A DNA stretch of 64,000 nucleotides from positions 50,160,001 through 50,224,000 of the forward strand of contig NC_045697.1 of the NCBI RefSeq assembly GCF_009834535.1. The letters run 5' to 3'. Shown piece by piece: positions 26,700 to 39,119 of the stretch; position 1 is the first letter of the stretch, and the number at the start of each line of letters is the position of its first letter. Origin of the DNA: Camelus ferus (lineage: Eukaryota). The notes under the pieces were generated by a model, which saw nothing but the letters and a program-made list of their open reading frames with translations, was not told the origin of the DNA and did no database searches. The position numbers were made by a program, and so were the translations under genes.

Positions 26700-27370
26700 C
26701 AAATTGCACTCTTTTAAAAATTGAGTTACTCTCTTCTTCTTGTTGTAACAAACAAAATATTCAAGTAGAAAAATTAGAAAATACAAATAAGGAAAATTAA
26801 GGAAAAAAATCTCTTTCTAACCATTGTGAGCAACTCTCTATCTACTTACTTACCCACTTTTTTTGACTATTTATCTATATGGATAATTTTATACTTATCA
26901 GAAACACATGCAGACAAACACTCTCGCAGATCCCACTACACTACTATCCCATAGCCTGCTTGTCTTACTGAAGAATATTTTGAAATGTTTGAAAATCATT
27001 TTTTTTGTGGCTGAATAGCATTTTATTGCATGGAAGTATTTCCATGTATTTAATCAGTTCTCTATTGTTAGATATTTAGGTAAATTCTAATTTTTTATAG
27101 CCTATGTCTTATAGAGAAATTTGTAGCTATGTCTTTTTAATGTATCTTGAAGTATTTCTTTAGGACAAATTGCTAGAAATGAAATTACTGGATTTAAGCA
27201 TTTGTTCAACTTTTGAGCTTTTAGCACACGTTGTCCTCTAGAAAAGTAGTCCTAATTTACCCATCACTGATGGAAATGAATTTCCATTTCTCTTCACTGT
27301 TTCCATTGCTAGTTACCATCTCTCTCTTTTTATTATTATTTTCCAATTCAATGGATAGAAAAGAATCTTT
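26700..27370 (-). mobile_element. Old L1 (L1ME-like) fragments
   Basis: TTTTTGTGGCTGAATAGCATTTTATTGCATGG...CTAGAAATGAAATTACTGGAT. Confidence 0.6.
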
Positions 27371-28882
27371 TTGAAAACTCTTGGCCTTTGAACTTTGTAG
27401 ACTGTTGTTCTCTGGTTCAATACTAGCACTTTGTGTTTTGGTTACTTGGTTGGCTGATTACCTGCCTTAGTAGCTTTGGAGCAGTGTGAGAGTAGAGCAT
27501 GTCCTATCCACCTGTGTATTTCTGGGTGCTCGTGGATGTTTGTTGAACTGAGTTGTGTTGGAGGACATGCGTAGTTTAGAGACCTTGGCTAGACGTATAA
27601 ATGTCAATACAACCAGTGGGCAAGTTATTCTATTCCTACCAGTTACGTAATGATGAGTAATTGAACTGAGTATTGATTACATGTCAGCATTGTATTAAGT
27701 GCTTTACGTACTTACCTAATTGAATCCTCACAACAGTGCTCTGCAGAAAAGATAATAATTATCTCTATTTTGCCAATGAGGGAACTGAGAAATTATGAAC
27801 TTGTCCAAGGTTCATGGCTGTAAGGTGGCAAAAACGGGTGATGAACTCAGGACCAGCTAATTGCCGAGCCATCTTATCTCCTCTCCTCTGCCCTCCCCTC
27901 CTTTCTCCTCTCCAACTTCTTATGATAGAAATTTAAAAACATGCATATAAAAGTAGAGAGAACAGCAGAGTGAACCAGCTTCAACAGTCATCAATATACG
28001 GCCAATCTTGTTTCATCTATCCCTTTCCCTCACTACCTCGCACGCCTCTTCCCTTGTTGGATTATTTTAAAGCAAGTCTCAGATACATTAATTTCATTAA
28101 TAAGTAAGAGATGTGGACTCTGTTTTTTTTTTTTTTAAATATAAACCACAATATCATTATCTCACTTGAAAACTATCTACAAGTCCTTAATATTATCTAA
28201 TGTCCAGGCCGTGTCAGGTTTCCCTGATTATCTCTAAGTGATTTTTACTGTTGGTTTGTTTGAATCAGGACCCACTCAGTTGACTACACTTTGTATTCTG
28301 AGCTGTCCTAGCCACAACACGAGTTCCTCTCTCCCTCATACATTTCCATGAGGCCTGTCCTCCTCAGAGACAGAGATGCTTAGCTGGAGAAATGTGAAAT
28401 TTTTAAATAATCCCTATGAACTGAGTATCTGGTTTCATCTCACCAGAAGGAAGCACACACAATAATTAATACCTGAGAAATACTGGGTCTGTGTGGAATG
28501 GAGAAAATACATTGCCACACGGGGCTCACCGTCCCTTCTCCCTGGAAATTCTGTGTATTCATCAAGTGGCCGAGAACTTCCTCTATTTTTCTGCTTGTAG
28601 GATAAGGCTGCACCACATGCTATGGTCAGTTCTCCCTACTTAAGGGGCCAGGCCTTGTCAGATATAAATGATGCTGGCTTGAGAATTCTGTCTTGAGCCC
28701 TGAGCTTAAAATATGAGACAGGCTAACCTGTGGACGCCCCCTACCCTGCCGCTCCGCGGCGGGAGAATGACTTGGAAATGGGAGACACAGGTTTGTTATT
28801 TTCATAAATCGTCATGACTTTGATAGCATCTTTCACGTCGAGCATGTTTTCATGTTTGTTTTGGTTCTGTTTGAATTTGAAG

Positions 28883-28981
28883 GTCTAGTGATCCTCCACT
28901 ACGTCATTGCAGATGGGAATTCAACCAGGAGTCCTGGAGAAGATGGCCTTCTCTGTGGAGATCTCGGGGAAAACTGCCCAG
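28883..28981 (+). CDS. BTC: Betacellulin exon 2 (end of signal peptide and mature N-terminus, LVILHYVIADGNSTRSPGEDGLLCGDLGENCP)
   Basis: TTTGAAG| acceptor, 99 nt, G|GTAACG donor; contains the DGNSTRSP mature N-terminus with an N-glycosylation sequon (NST). Confidence 0.96.
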
Positions 28982-29053
28982 GTAACGCTCAACAAGTGAT
29001 TTGTTTGTATTTTGTCATCCTTTATATTCAGTCTCAGAACAGTGATCTCCCTA

Positions 29054-29370
29054 TTCTATTTTTTAAATTTCAGAGTTATTTATTATTTACCTTTTTAGTT
29101 GACCTATAGTCAGTTTACAATGTTGTGTCAGTTTCTGGTGCACAGCATAATGTTTCAGTCATACATACACATACATATTCTTTTTCATTATAGGTTACTA
29201 CAAGATATTTGAATATATCTTGTATATCCATAGGTATATACAAGATATATGAATATAATTCCCTATGCTATACAGTATCAACTTGTTATTTATCTATTTT
29301 ATATATAGTACCTGCACCTCTCAAACTCCCAATTTATCCCTTCCCACATACTTCCCCGTCCTTGTAACCA
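29054..29370 (-). mobile_element. Young 5'-truncated L1 3' end with TSD, just downstream of exon 2
   Basis: TATAGTCAGTTTACAATGTTGTGTCAGTTTCTGGTG is the reverse complement of the same L1 3' UTR type as 59178-59683; GATCTCCCTA at 29044-29053 and 29371-29380. Confidence 0.88.
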
Positions 29371-29409
29371 GATCTCCCTAAATTTTAAGTTGTTGATAAT
29401 GTAGCAATC

Positions 29410-29655
29410 ATAAAACTAAGCAGTGTTTTGAGCACATGCTAATGTACCAGGCACTGGGCTAAGTGCTTTACATACAGTAATTCATTCTCTCCTTGCAGGA
29501 ACCCTATGAGCTGGATATTTTTTTACTCTATTTCAAGATGAAGCCTAGAAAGGAAACATAATTTGCCAAAGGTCACACAGTGGTATATAGCAAATCTGGG
29601 ATTCCCTTTCAGGTCTTTTTGATTTTAGTGCTTCCAGTCTTTGTCATTATACCAT
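29410..29655 (-). mobile_element. MIR SINE
   Basis: CCAGGCACTGGGCTAAGTGCTTTACAT...TTTGCCAAAGGTCACACAG. Confidence 0.8.
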
Positions 29656-29866
29656 TTTGGGCATTACAGATGTGTGCTCCAGCCTCTAGCAGGAGATCTC
29701 TGGGCTGGATCCATAGAAAAGTTGGCATATTCTATTCAAATTAAAACTTTTTTTTTTTTTTTTTGCTATTTTATAAGTTAAAAGAAGGGAAGAAGGCAAC
29801 AATTTTTAAAATATGTTTTACCTTAGAGTTTCTTGAAAAAGTATTCTCAAAGTCATTAATCTGAAG

Positions 29867-30081
29867 CAGAGCCAGCCTTAGTAAAGAGTCAGACAATAAG
29901 AATTTAGATTCTGTGGGCCATGTGGCCTTTCTTGCAACTACTCACCTCTGCGATTGTGCTATGAAAGCAACCATAGGCACTATGCAGATGAATGGCCTTG
30001 GATATCTTCCAACAAAACTTTATTTAGAGAAACAGACTGTGAGCCAGATTTGGCTATTGTGCCATAGTTTGTTGATTCCTG
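29867..30081 (+). mobile_element. MER58A-like hAT-Charlie element
   Basis: TGTGGGCCAT...GCAACTACTCACCTCTGC...AAAACTTTATTTA...CCATAGTTTGTTGATTCCTG. Confidence 0.8.
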
Positions 30082-30624
30082 GTCTAAGGTTCTGCCTGTC
30101 CTTTATAGATTGTGTGCTCTGGTCTCCTACAGGGGTTGTTTCTTGTTTTAAAACAAAACACAACACAGGACAATTCCAAAAGTAGGACAGAGTGGAGAAG
30201 AGCCTCCTGTGTTCCCTGGAAGCCTCTCTGAGCTGGGAGTGTGGTGACTTGGGGTTAAGTGCTCTTTTCCTAGCACCTTGGGGACATTGTAACTGAGCCA
30301 GGAACATGCTGAGCAAGTTGTCCTGATGTGAGTCACCAGCTCCAGCCCAGTCTTCCTCTATCCTCCCTCACACTAGTGGGTGGTCTGGGGAGCACCCATA
30401 GCCTGTGGGATCCATCGCTGTCTGAGGTCTTGCTTGTATGGGTCTTGTTGCCCCTGTAGTCAGAAGGACAAAGCCAACTTTATATGTCTGTGTGCTTTTC
30501 TTCAGTCTGGTTTCAAATGTCTTAAACAATGGCATTTTCACATTTCCTTTGGGAGGTCATTCCATAATCTGACGTGGACAGTGTTAAAAAGTCTTTTTCC
30601 TCATTATCCTAAATGTATTTTGTA

Positions 30625-31290
30625 ATGTTTTTATTGTAGTAAGAACATTTGACATGGAACCTACCTTTTAACAAAATTTTGAGTGTAGAATACAGCATTC
30701 TTAACTATAGGCATCTGAGGTTGCACAACAGATCTCTGGAAACGATTCATCCTATGTAACTAAAACTTATAGCCATTGAACAACAGCTCCTTTTTTCCTC
30801 TCCCCAGTAGTCCCTGGTAGCCACCACTCGACTCTCTGCTTCTGTGCATCTGGCTATGTAGGTAACTCATGTAAGTGGAGTCATGTATAGTTTTGCCTTC
30901 TGTGACTGGCTTATTTCACTTAGCATAATGTCCTCCAGGTTTACCCATGTGGCTACATATTGTGAGATTTTCTTTTTTTTAAGACTGTGTAATCATTATC
31001 TGTATATACCACATTTTCTTTATCCATTCATATCTTAGTGAATATTTAGCTTGTTTCCACAACATGGCTGTTGTGAATTATGCTACAATAAACACGGGAG
31101 TGCAACTTTCTCTTTGAGACCCTGATTTCAGTTCTTTTGGATATATACCCAGAAGCCATGTTGCTGGATGATATGATTGCCCCATTTAAAATTTGTGGAA
31201 TAAACACCATACTATTTTCCATAGAGGCTATAGGTTGCCTTTTCAGTCTCTTAATTGTTTCTTTCCTATGCAGAAGATTTTTAGTTTGTT
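30625..31290 (-). mobile_element. L1 (L1MA-like) 3' fragment with internal deletion
   Basis: TGACTGGCTTATTTCACTTAGCATAATGTCCTCCAGG...GGATATATACCCAGAAG; jump in L1 position near 31230. Confidence 0.85.
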
Positions 31291-31699
31291 TAAGGTCACA
31301 GGTAAGTGGAGTAGCCTGACATGAATTTGGAGAGACCTGGCTCTAGAATGTGTGTTGTTAATTTCCATGCTAAAGTCTTAGAATCATGTTGTGAGATCAG
31401 AATGCTGTATAAATGGGGGAAATTCTGAAAAATAATTGCTTAAAAGTCCAAATAAGGACAGTAGCTTCTAGAAAGAGGAATTAATGTGAAGTGGGAGCAG
31501 ATTGTTTCTGTTGAGTGACTGTGTGACCTTGAGCAAGTCACTTAAGTTTTCAGAGACTTAGCTTGCAACCTGTAAAATAAAGAAGTGCATTAGATGATCT
31601 TTAGGAATCCTTCCTGTTTCTAAATGACTCTAGGATTTTGTTTTCAGATAGCCCCAATCTTTAAGCATTCTATTTTTACTTTTCTATTTTCTATCTTGA

Positions 31700-32130
31700 G
31701 ACACTGATTCATTCTGCCAGTACTTATGAGCACATAATACACAGGAGGCCCTGTTCCATGTGCCAAGGATGCAACAATGAACAAAATAGTTAAAGGTGAG
31801 GTCAGAGAAGCAATGGGAAAAGAGAGGTAGATGCCATTTACTGAGATGAGGAAATACCCCATTCGAGGGGGAAGATCTCTTGCTCCATTTTGGAAGTTAG
31901 GTTGAAATGCCAGTTAGATGTTAGGAACAGCTGGCATTGAGGGAAGAAATCTGGGATAGAAGCAAAGTTGAGCATTGTAACCAGTAAGGTGTTTGAGGCC
32001 AGGAAACACCGAGCGAGGAGGCAGGGAGAGGAGAAGAGATAAGAAAACATTGAGCCTCAGTGCACTGCAAAATTTAGAGGTTTGTGGAGTTGAGGTGGAA
32101 CCAGCAAGGGAGAATGAACAAAGGAGGCAT
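31700..32130 (-). mobile_element. L2 fragments
   Basis: ATTCATTC...TTATGAGCAC...; GATGCCATTTACTGAGATGAGGAA...GGAAGAAATCTGGGATAGA. Confidence 0.6.
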
Positions 32131-34759
32131 CACATGCATTCTCGAAAAACAAAATGAAATAGTTTTTTTCCTGTCCGTTCGTCTTTGTCTCCTAGCCTTG
32201 AATAATTTTAAATACAGGAAATACACTCAAACCGTAACCCTTTTTTCCTTTCTTTAAAGAGCTAGAAGGAAAAGGGCAGCCCTAAGTGAAGGTCCACTCC
32301 TGTAAGCTCAGAAATGGTTGGCACAGTCCTTCTGGCGAAAAGACCTACTGATCAGGCCTGACTGGTGCCCTGTGTAAGTGTTTCCTAGTAGCCCAGGAGG
32401 GTAACAAGTATGTCTGTGGGACTTATTTTTCTTTTCCTGGAGAGACAGACCCATTCACATTTTTATAGGAAATGGCATTGAATGTAAGACAAATGGAAAT
32501 CCTCAATTACAATACATCATCCAATTTTGCACTTTTTCAAGGACATCATGAATTTACATTCCCCTGTCTCAAGGAGCTAGTTGGCAAGATAAGAAGGAAA
32601 ATTAAGTTAAAAAATATAAAACTTTCTTCCTCCCCTCTTGGCTTAAGAAGGTTGTAAGAAGAAACTCCTCTTTGGGAAGATGCCTGGAAGCCAAGAACTA
32701 GAATGTTAGACCCTTAGGCTCTACTTCATAGACTAAGAGGAAACTTTTCTCCAAACTTTGCTGCTACCATTTAACTCTTCTGTGTTGCTTCCTCCCCCCC
32801 CCCTTTTTTAGATCAGATATCTGTTTGGGAAGATAAATTTATAGATATTTGTTTTCCTTTTTCTCTCTTTTTGTTAACGCTTGTGAGACTTATAGCTAAA
32901 AATTTGGTATCCCCTTTTAATCTCTTACACAGAGATCTAACTATGTAGCTGACTAAATTTTAGAAATACAAGAGATTATAAACATTGTAATGAGATTTAC
33001 CAAAAAAAAGTATTGTAATAATAATTGTATATTACCCTTAGAATGGATTTCAGAAGAGTTCCTGATATTAATGTCATTTACAAAATTATTACATATATTT
33101 TAATGAACATTATTCTAGTAAGTGAAGGAAGCTTTTATGAAAAATAAACCTAGTATATCAATGGTGAAGGCTTTTCATCACATGGCTTGAGAATAAGAAT
33201 CATGCACTAAAAGACTAAGAAATCACACTGTTTAATCAAAGCCTCCATCAAATTAAGGAAAATTCCATATTTAAAACAAGTCATTTAGGTGTTTGCTATG
33301 TTCCTCCACTTCAGTTTGGTGCAGGAGAATCCATCACATCTCATCTATCTATGTGACCTAAGGAGGGTGACCACTTCTTGTCTATCTGCCCATGCTATCA
33401 AAGAAAGATGTTCTTGCTTCTGATCCCTTTCACCAACTCTTAGAAACAAACTTTGACATCAATGACCTGCAGTAGCCCTTGTGGTTTCTTATTTTATTGG
33501 CTTTAGAATCTTTGAAATGCAGCATCTCATGAAGGGTTTCTGAGATGTTAATTGTAGTGCCCATCCACTTATGAGATGGTGTTGTGATCTGGCCCACTAG
33601 TGCATGTAGTTTGCCTGTGCAGTTTTATGAGACAGACTCACTCTGTCCCATAACATTGTTTTGATTTTGGGAATGTGGGCTGGAAAAGAGTAAGGTGGAA
33701 GGGAAAAAGATCAATTAAGTTTTACCACCCCCAGGATCAGGGGAATCTTCACAGCTCTCACATTTTTAAGACCATGCAGTTCACTTCTTAACAGAAAAAC
33801 ACAATACGGTGGACTAATCATTCTTTTGCCATAGGATTAACTTTTCCCTTTTCTTGATAAACATCTCTGGGATGGAAGGGTAGATTTTGCCATCCTGTTC
33901 CCTGTGTCATCAGGTCTCTTGATAGGCAGAAAATGTTAGATTTCACAGTTGTTCAATTTTCAGATAATGTGATCTTGATGAATATTAAATGAAAGCAACT
34001 GGAATTTTAGGTGCATTTCGAAAGGGGGAATGCTGATAAGCCTTCTCATTTCCATGAGAGAGGAAGAGAGGATCCCATCTGGTTTGGGGGGTGGTGTGCA
34101 GGATGTGTGATTCATTTTTCTTCCAGGTTTTAAATTTCCATAGAGAAATCACAGGTCATTTTCTGCTTGGTGGCATGGAAGGGTTTTTAAATCCAAATAA
34201 CGCTGGGAATATTTAAAGGCATGCTTATTTGGCAAAGGAGAGAGTTCTGTGAGCAATCAAAACAGGGTCTGGCAACCATTTCCCTGGCATGGATTTGTGT
34301 TGCTTGGATGAACCGAGGCTGATCAAATCACTGCATCCAGCAGCTGCTGGTTAAGGCACTTCTTGGTGTCATGCTCTGTGTGGTGTTTATTAAAAGACTG
34401 GCTACATTTAAAGGGGCACGGCAGCCAGAGAAATTAGTAAAGTACAAGATACAGAGCCATGTGGTTTATATTTAAAGTCAGGTGTACTTTGCAAAGTAGA
34501 AAAGACTTTTCTGGAGCACAGCAGATCTGTCAGTACTGCTTCTTAAATTCATCTCCTCGCCCTTCATTCCCCTGTCCCTGGCTCATATCCTGTGTGTCTG
34601 TGTGGATCAGGTGTGCCTTGGACTCCTCCTTCCCCCCTTGACATCTTCCTACTTTAATCCATTCTGCACTTTCTTACCTAAGACACTGATAAAATGCTTC
34701 ACAGTTTAGTTTTTGCATTTACCGTTTCTCTAGAATCGCCAGGATTTTCAAGATTCTCT

Positions 34760-34980
34760 TTATTGTCCCAGGCACTTTGCTAGGAATTTCCACATGTATT
34801 TTTGACTTGAGCCTCTCAACCGCCTTGTAAGGTAGATGTTATCATCTTCAGTTTCCAGATGATGAAACTGAGGCTCAGACAGCTTAATTAGCTTGTCTGG
34901 ACCCAGAGGGCCAGCTAAAGGCAGAGCTGAAAATGAAACACTAATTTCCTTTTCCTAATCCACTGTTTTTCCCACCATTT
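34760..34980 (-). mobile_element. MIR SINE
   Basis: CAGATGATGAAACTGAGGCTCAGA core. Confidence 0.8.
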
Positions 34981-36039
34981 CGTTTCCAGTGTCTCACAAC
35001 TGTCTGTGTGGTTTCTATGGCTGTTTTTACTAGTTGGTCGCTTATTATTGACTTTAATTTGCTCCATTGTAAATACCAATGTAGAGAGTTAGATAGGCTA
35101 TCCCTTATCTCTTCGATATTTTCCAGTGCCTACTACAGAGCTCTGGAAAGAGGAAGTACTTGACCAGTGGAATTTGACTGATCGATTTTTTTTGCCAAAG
35201 TACACAGATCTTTGCCTCTGAGTCATGTTGCAGTTTTTCCTGGGAGAAATTTCAATGAGTCCCGTTGATTGGCATGCATGGGAACAAATATCTGGCACAT
35301 ACAAGGAGTCAGCATTGCTGGTAATCAAGTCAGCAATCAAAACCAGGTCAGCCAGCTCCTCTGCAACACTCTGACCCCCTCTGAAACCCTATGACCTGGC
35401 ATCACAGGAATCTGCTGTGTATAGATCACTCAGATTTCTTTGCGATTCCTCTTACTGGTGGCCCTGGGCAATCATATATACTCATGTCATAATATTAATT
35501 AAGTTGTTTAGTAGTCATTGCTGTCAATAAAATGATTGTTTAATGTCACTGGGGTGCCGTATCAAACCTAGTGTGAAATGCTCTTCTGAAGTGACCACCA
35601 CGGTCTTTCTAGTTCCACAGTGTCCGTGGCTGTGGAAAGTCCGACCCTGGGCTGCAGCTGGCTAGTCAGCTGTTTTCTCTGGGCGTGGGCACCTGTCTGT
35701 CGTGAGTCAACACGTGGAGTAGCTTGTTAGCATTTCTATATTGTCTCTCTTGACAATCCTTATTTATTGAAACTTTCTACAGGTAAGTGATGGAGAAATT
35801 GTTACATATTACTGCTCCCCTCCCCCACGTTGAAAAAGTAGGCAATCAAGACTCTAAAAGGTAAGACAAGAAAGTCAGGATAGGATTGAAATCCCAGATA
35901 TGAAGCTCCCAGTGTTTTCTTCCTTCAGGGCAAGAGAAACCCTCCAGAGGTCAGATGAGAGGGAGAACCTCCCATTCAGACAAGCAGAACTTCCGGGTGC
36001 CTTAGGCTGAGAGCAGATGACAGCTACCTGCTTTACAGA

Positions 36040-36465
36040 GCGCCAGAGCGGAGCAGTCAAAAGCTTGGACTCTGGGGCAAGACCGCCTGGGTTTGAGTCC
36101 CTGTTCTGCCCTAGTCCTGCGCTAACTGCATGATCTGGGAAGGTGACTTAGCCTCTGTGTGCTGTGCTTTGCTCATCCATAAGTAGGAATTAGAAGGATA
36201 CTTCCCTCACAAGGCTGTTATGAGTATTAAACGAGTTAATACAGTCTTCCCTCCGAATCTGTGCATCTGCGGATTCAACCAACCACAGAACCAAACCAGG
36301 GAGTATAGGGGGTCGACGGTAAACACCATTTTACATAAGGGACTTGAGCATCGGTGTATTTGGGTATCACGTGGGGTCCTGGAACCAGTCCCTGTGAATA
36401 CCGAGGGAAGATTCTCTTTGTAAAGCATATAGACTTGCATCAGGCACTCAGTAAGTGCTAGGTGT
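36040..36465 (+). mobile_element. MIR SINE interrupted by a Tigger-type MITE
   Basis: CCTGGGTTTGAGTCCCTG...CTTAGCCTCTGTGTG...ATTAAACGAGTTAATA, resuming as TGTAAAGCA...CAGTAAGTGCT after the insert. Confidence 0.75.
36242..36414 (+). mobile_element. MER2-like TcMar-Tigger MITE
   Basis: Imperfect TIRs (TA|CAGTCTTCCCTC ... GAGGGAAGATT); internal GGATTCAACCAACC and AAGGGACTTGAGCATC. Confidence 0.8.
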
Positions 36466-36863
36466 TTAAATTTAAAAAAGAAAAGGAAAGAAAAGAAAAG
36501 AAAAGAAAAAACCGTCTCAGTTTTCAGTGCCGTCAGTCCTATGGCTCAGTCTTCATGCAAAGAAGAGCCTTCTCTCTTGTCACAACGATGCTTTACCCTT
36601 TTAACAATACCAATGTTTCTGAGAAGTAGTTTGGGCACAAGTCTTAATTAAAATATGAAACGTTCCCATCACAATTCCCATTACTATTCCCATTCTAGAG
36701 TTAGTTTCTGGTCACAAAACTCAGACATATTCCAGTGAGGAGAGAAGATGAGAGATTGGCATCTGGTCTACAGAAAAAGTGGCAGCACAGGTAGGAATAT
36801 GATTCTCCTCCCAAATGTGTATTTAAAGTGAGTTGATTTATTGAACCTTTTCTCATTCTTCAG

Positions 36864-36981
36864 CTACCACCACACAACCAAAGAGAAGAGGCCACTTCTC
36901 TCGGTGCCCCAGGCAATACAAGCATTACTGCATCAAAGGGAGATGTCGCTTCGTGGTGGCCGAGCAGACGCCCTCCTGTGT
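36864..36981 (+). CDS. BTC: Betacellulin exon 3 (EGF domain Cys1-4, ATTTQPKRRGHFSRCPRQYKHYCIKGRCRFVVAEQTPSCV)
   Basis: Pyrimidine tract plus CAG acceptor, 118 nt, GT|GTAAGT donor (phase 2); EGF cysteine spacing. Not shown in this frame in the ORF track. Confidence 0.98.
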
Positions 36982-39119
36982 GTAAGTGGAGCACGAGGAG
37001 CTGACCAGCAAAGGTGCAGGCTGGTGCCGGCTTGGGGCTTGACAGCACTGGAAAGTCTGAGCTAACCGAGTTAGCTGGTCCTGCCACCTGACCACTTGCT
37101 TAGGGGCCCGCAGCTACTTATGGAGAAACTGACGCACACTTTCCTGCTGAAATTTGAGCGTGCGATCCCCTGCCAGGCGGGACCGTGTCCTCTGCTGCCT
37201 TGCGCAAGCAAAACTGTTTCTGTCCAGCATTAAGGATGCTTTTCAGCTCAAATAATCTCCCAGGTGGTGCCAATGGAAACACATTCTTCTGGCATGTGTT
37301 AGGTGGTTCACAGCGAATGTAAATATGAAGGCATTTCTGCCAAATTAAAAGCTACTTTTGCAGGGGACAATTCAGTGGCTAGAAATCAGTCCTATTTACA
37401 GAGATTCATGAAGCCTGTTGAGTATAGCGGGGAACTGGGAGAAAAGTTCTCTTTCCAACTCTTAGCAGATTGAGTCCAAGTTTAATTTTACTCAGGCACA
37501 AACAGATGTTTTGCATATCTTCAATATTTATTCTCTTCTAAAAAGATGTTCCTCTAAAGTGCTGTCTGAGACTACCTCATAGGGAGCAAGGTGGTTTTTA
37601 AGCACAATTTTGATCTAAGGTTTATAGAATGTTTATGTTCTTCTCTGTGCTTGCCCGACATTCCCTTTTTTTTTAAAACAAGTATCTCAGAACAGTGATT
37701 CCAAGCCCTGATGCAGTGGAACATTGAAGAGGAATGGACTGCTTCAAAGTTTAATTATAATTAAATTTAATTAGAAAATAAATATACAGAGATAATAGAG
37801 GAGAATAAGAATTGCTATGTAAGAAAATAAGAAAGATGTGCTTGGGAAAGATAGAGCTAATTTAAAAAAATTTTCATTTAATTGCTAACTGGCTTGGGAG
37901 AGTATAATGAACTTTAAAAAGATTAATAATCCCCTTTAACCAGTACATTTTTCTAACTGGTCCTTCTGTCTGTGGTTGACTGCTCTTGAACACTGCTGCC
38001 TTCTAGAATGAAACCACAGCATGAGATTGACCTGCCTTAGATCAATACGCAGTCTGGCCCCTCAGTCAGAGGTTAAAACTCGTTTCTTCCGTAGCTGCTC
38101 TGATCCTGGCTTATCTTTCTAGCTGTATCTCTCATCATATTCCCAAATGGTCTGAAATCCTACACTCCTTTGCAAGGTTTATTGGACAAGCTCTTCTCAT
38201 AGTCTGGAAAGTTTATTCTTACTGATGCTTTAAGATTCAACTCAAATATCAGCTCCTCCTGGACCCCCGCATTGACTTGAGTTAGATGTCCTTCTTCTGT
38301 GATCCAGTCACACTTCTGTGAAAGCTCTTTTGTCCTGAAGCATAACTGTTTGTTTCTTTGAAAGTCCCCTCTGCAGCTGTGAACTCCTAGAGGGCGTTAT
38401 TCATTTTCGTATTCAGTGCCAAGCACAGTGTCTAGGATTTGTGAGGTGCTCAGGAAATGTCTGATGAATAAGCAAGCAAGTCCCTCAATCACGGTTCCCC
38501 GAGTGCTGTGCTAAATGTCAAAACCAAGGCCTTCATCTGAACCAGGAACACCTTCTCAGTGGTCGAATGATACAAAATCGAGGGGAGGAGGAAGAGGATA
38601 GGAGTCAGGACATAGACTCTGGAGTCAGATAGACCTAAGTTAAGATTTTGTTTCCACCAGTTATAAGCAGCATTAACAATGGGTCAGCCACCCTTCCTAA
38701 GTGTTTTATCATCCACAGAATTGTTCCTTTCAAGTGCTGAAAATTAAGCAAAATAATACATCAAGCAAAAATACTTATTGTGGTATCCAGTGTAGAGTCA
38801 ATGTTTGGTAAATTGTACCATTGAAATGAATGGGAGATATTCCACCTGGACCTGACTTTATAGGTGACTTGGTGTAGCCCTGATTCACCCAAAACTGCCT
38901 TGCTATTGGTGATTATGCTGTCTTAGGAAACCAGAAATATCTCCTCCTGCTTGGGATCATAGGGGTTTGTGGACTCCTGTCCTTACGTAAAAAACCAAAG
39001 TGTGTTTCAAATAACTGAAATCCCCTCTTGGTCTTCTTAGTATTTTTTTTTTTATTGGAACTGTTTGATCTGTTTTCAGATACATAACTTTTATTTATTT
39101 ATGTGGCAAAGTTTGTGTA

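Noticed and set aside
28732..28750. CTCF-like CGCCCCCTA near exon 2
   Set aside because: Only half of the core matches; the CCAS portion is missing
28852..29109. 85-aa ORF as a standalone gene
   Set aside because: It is BTC exon 2 plus flanking intron read-through
36841..37087. ORF-track peptides over exon 3
   Set aside because: Wrong frame or strand; the true BTC frame is fixed by splice phase and EGF cysteine spacing
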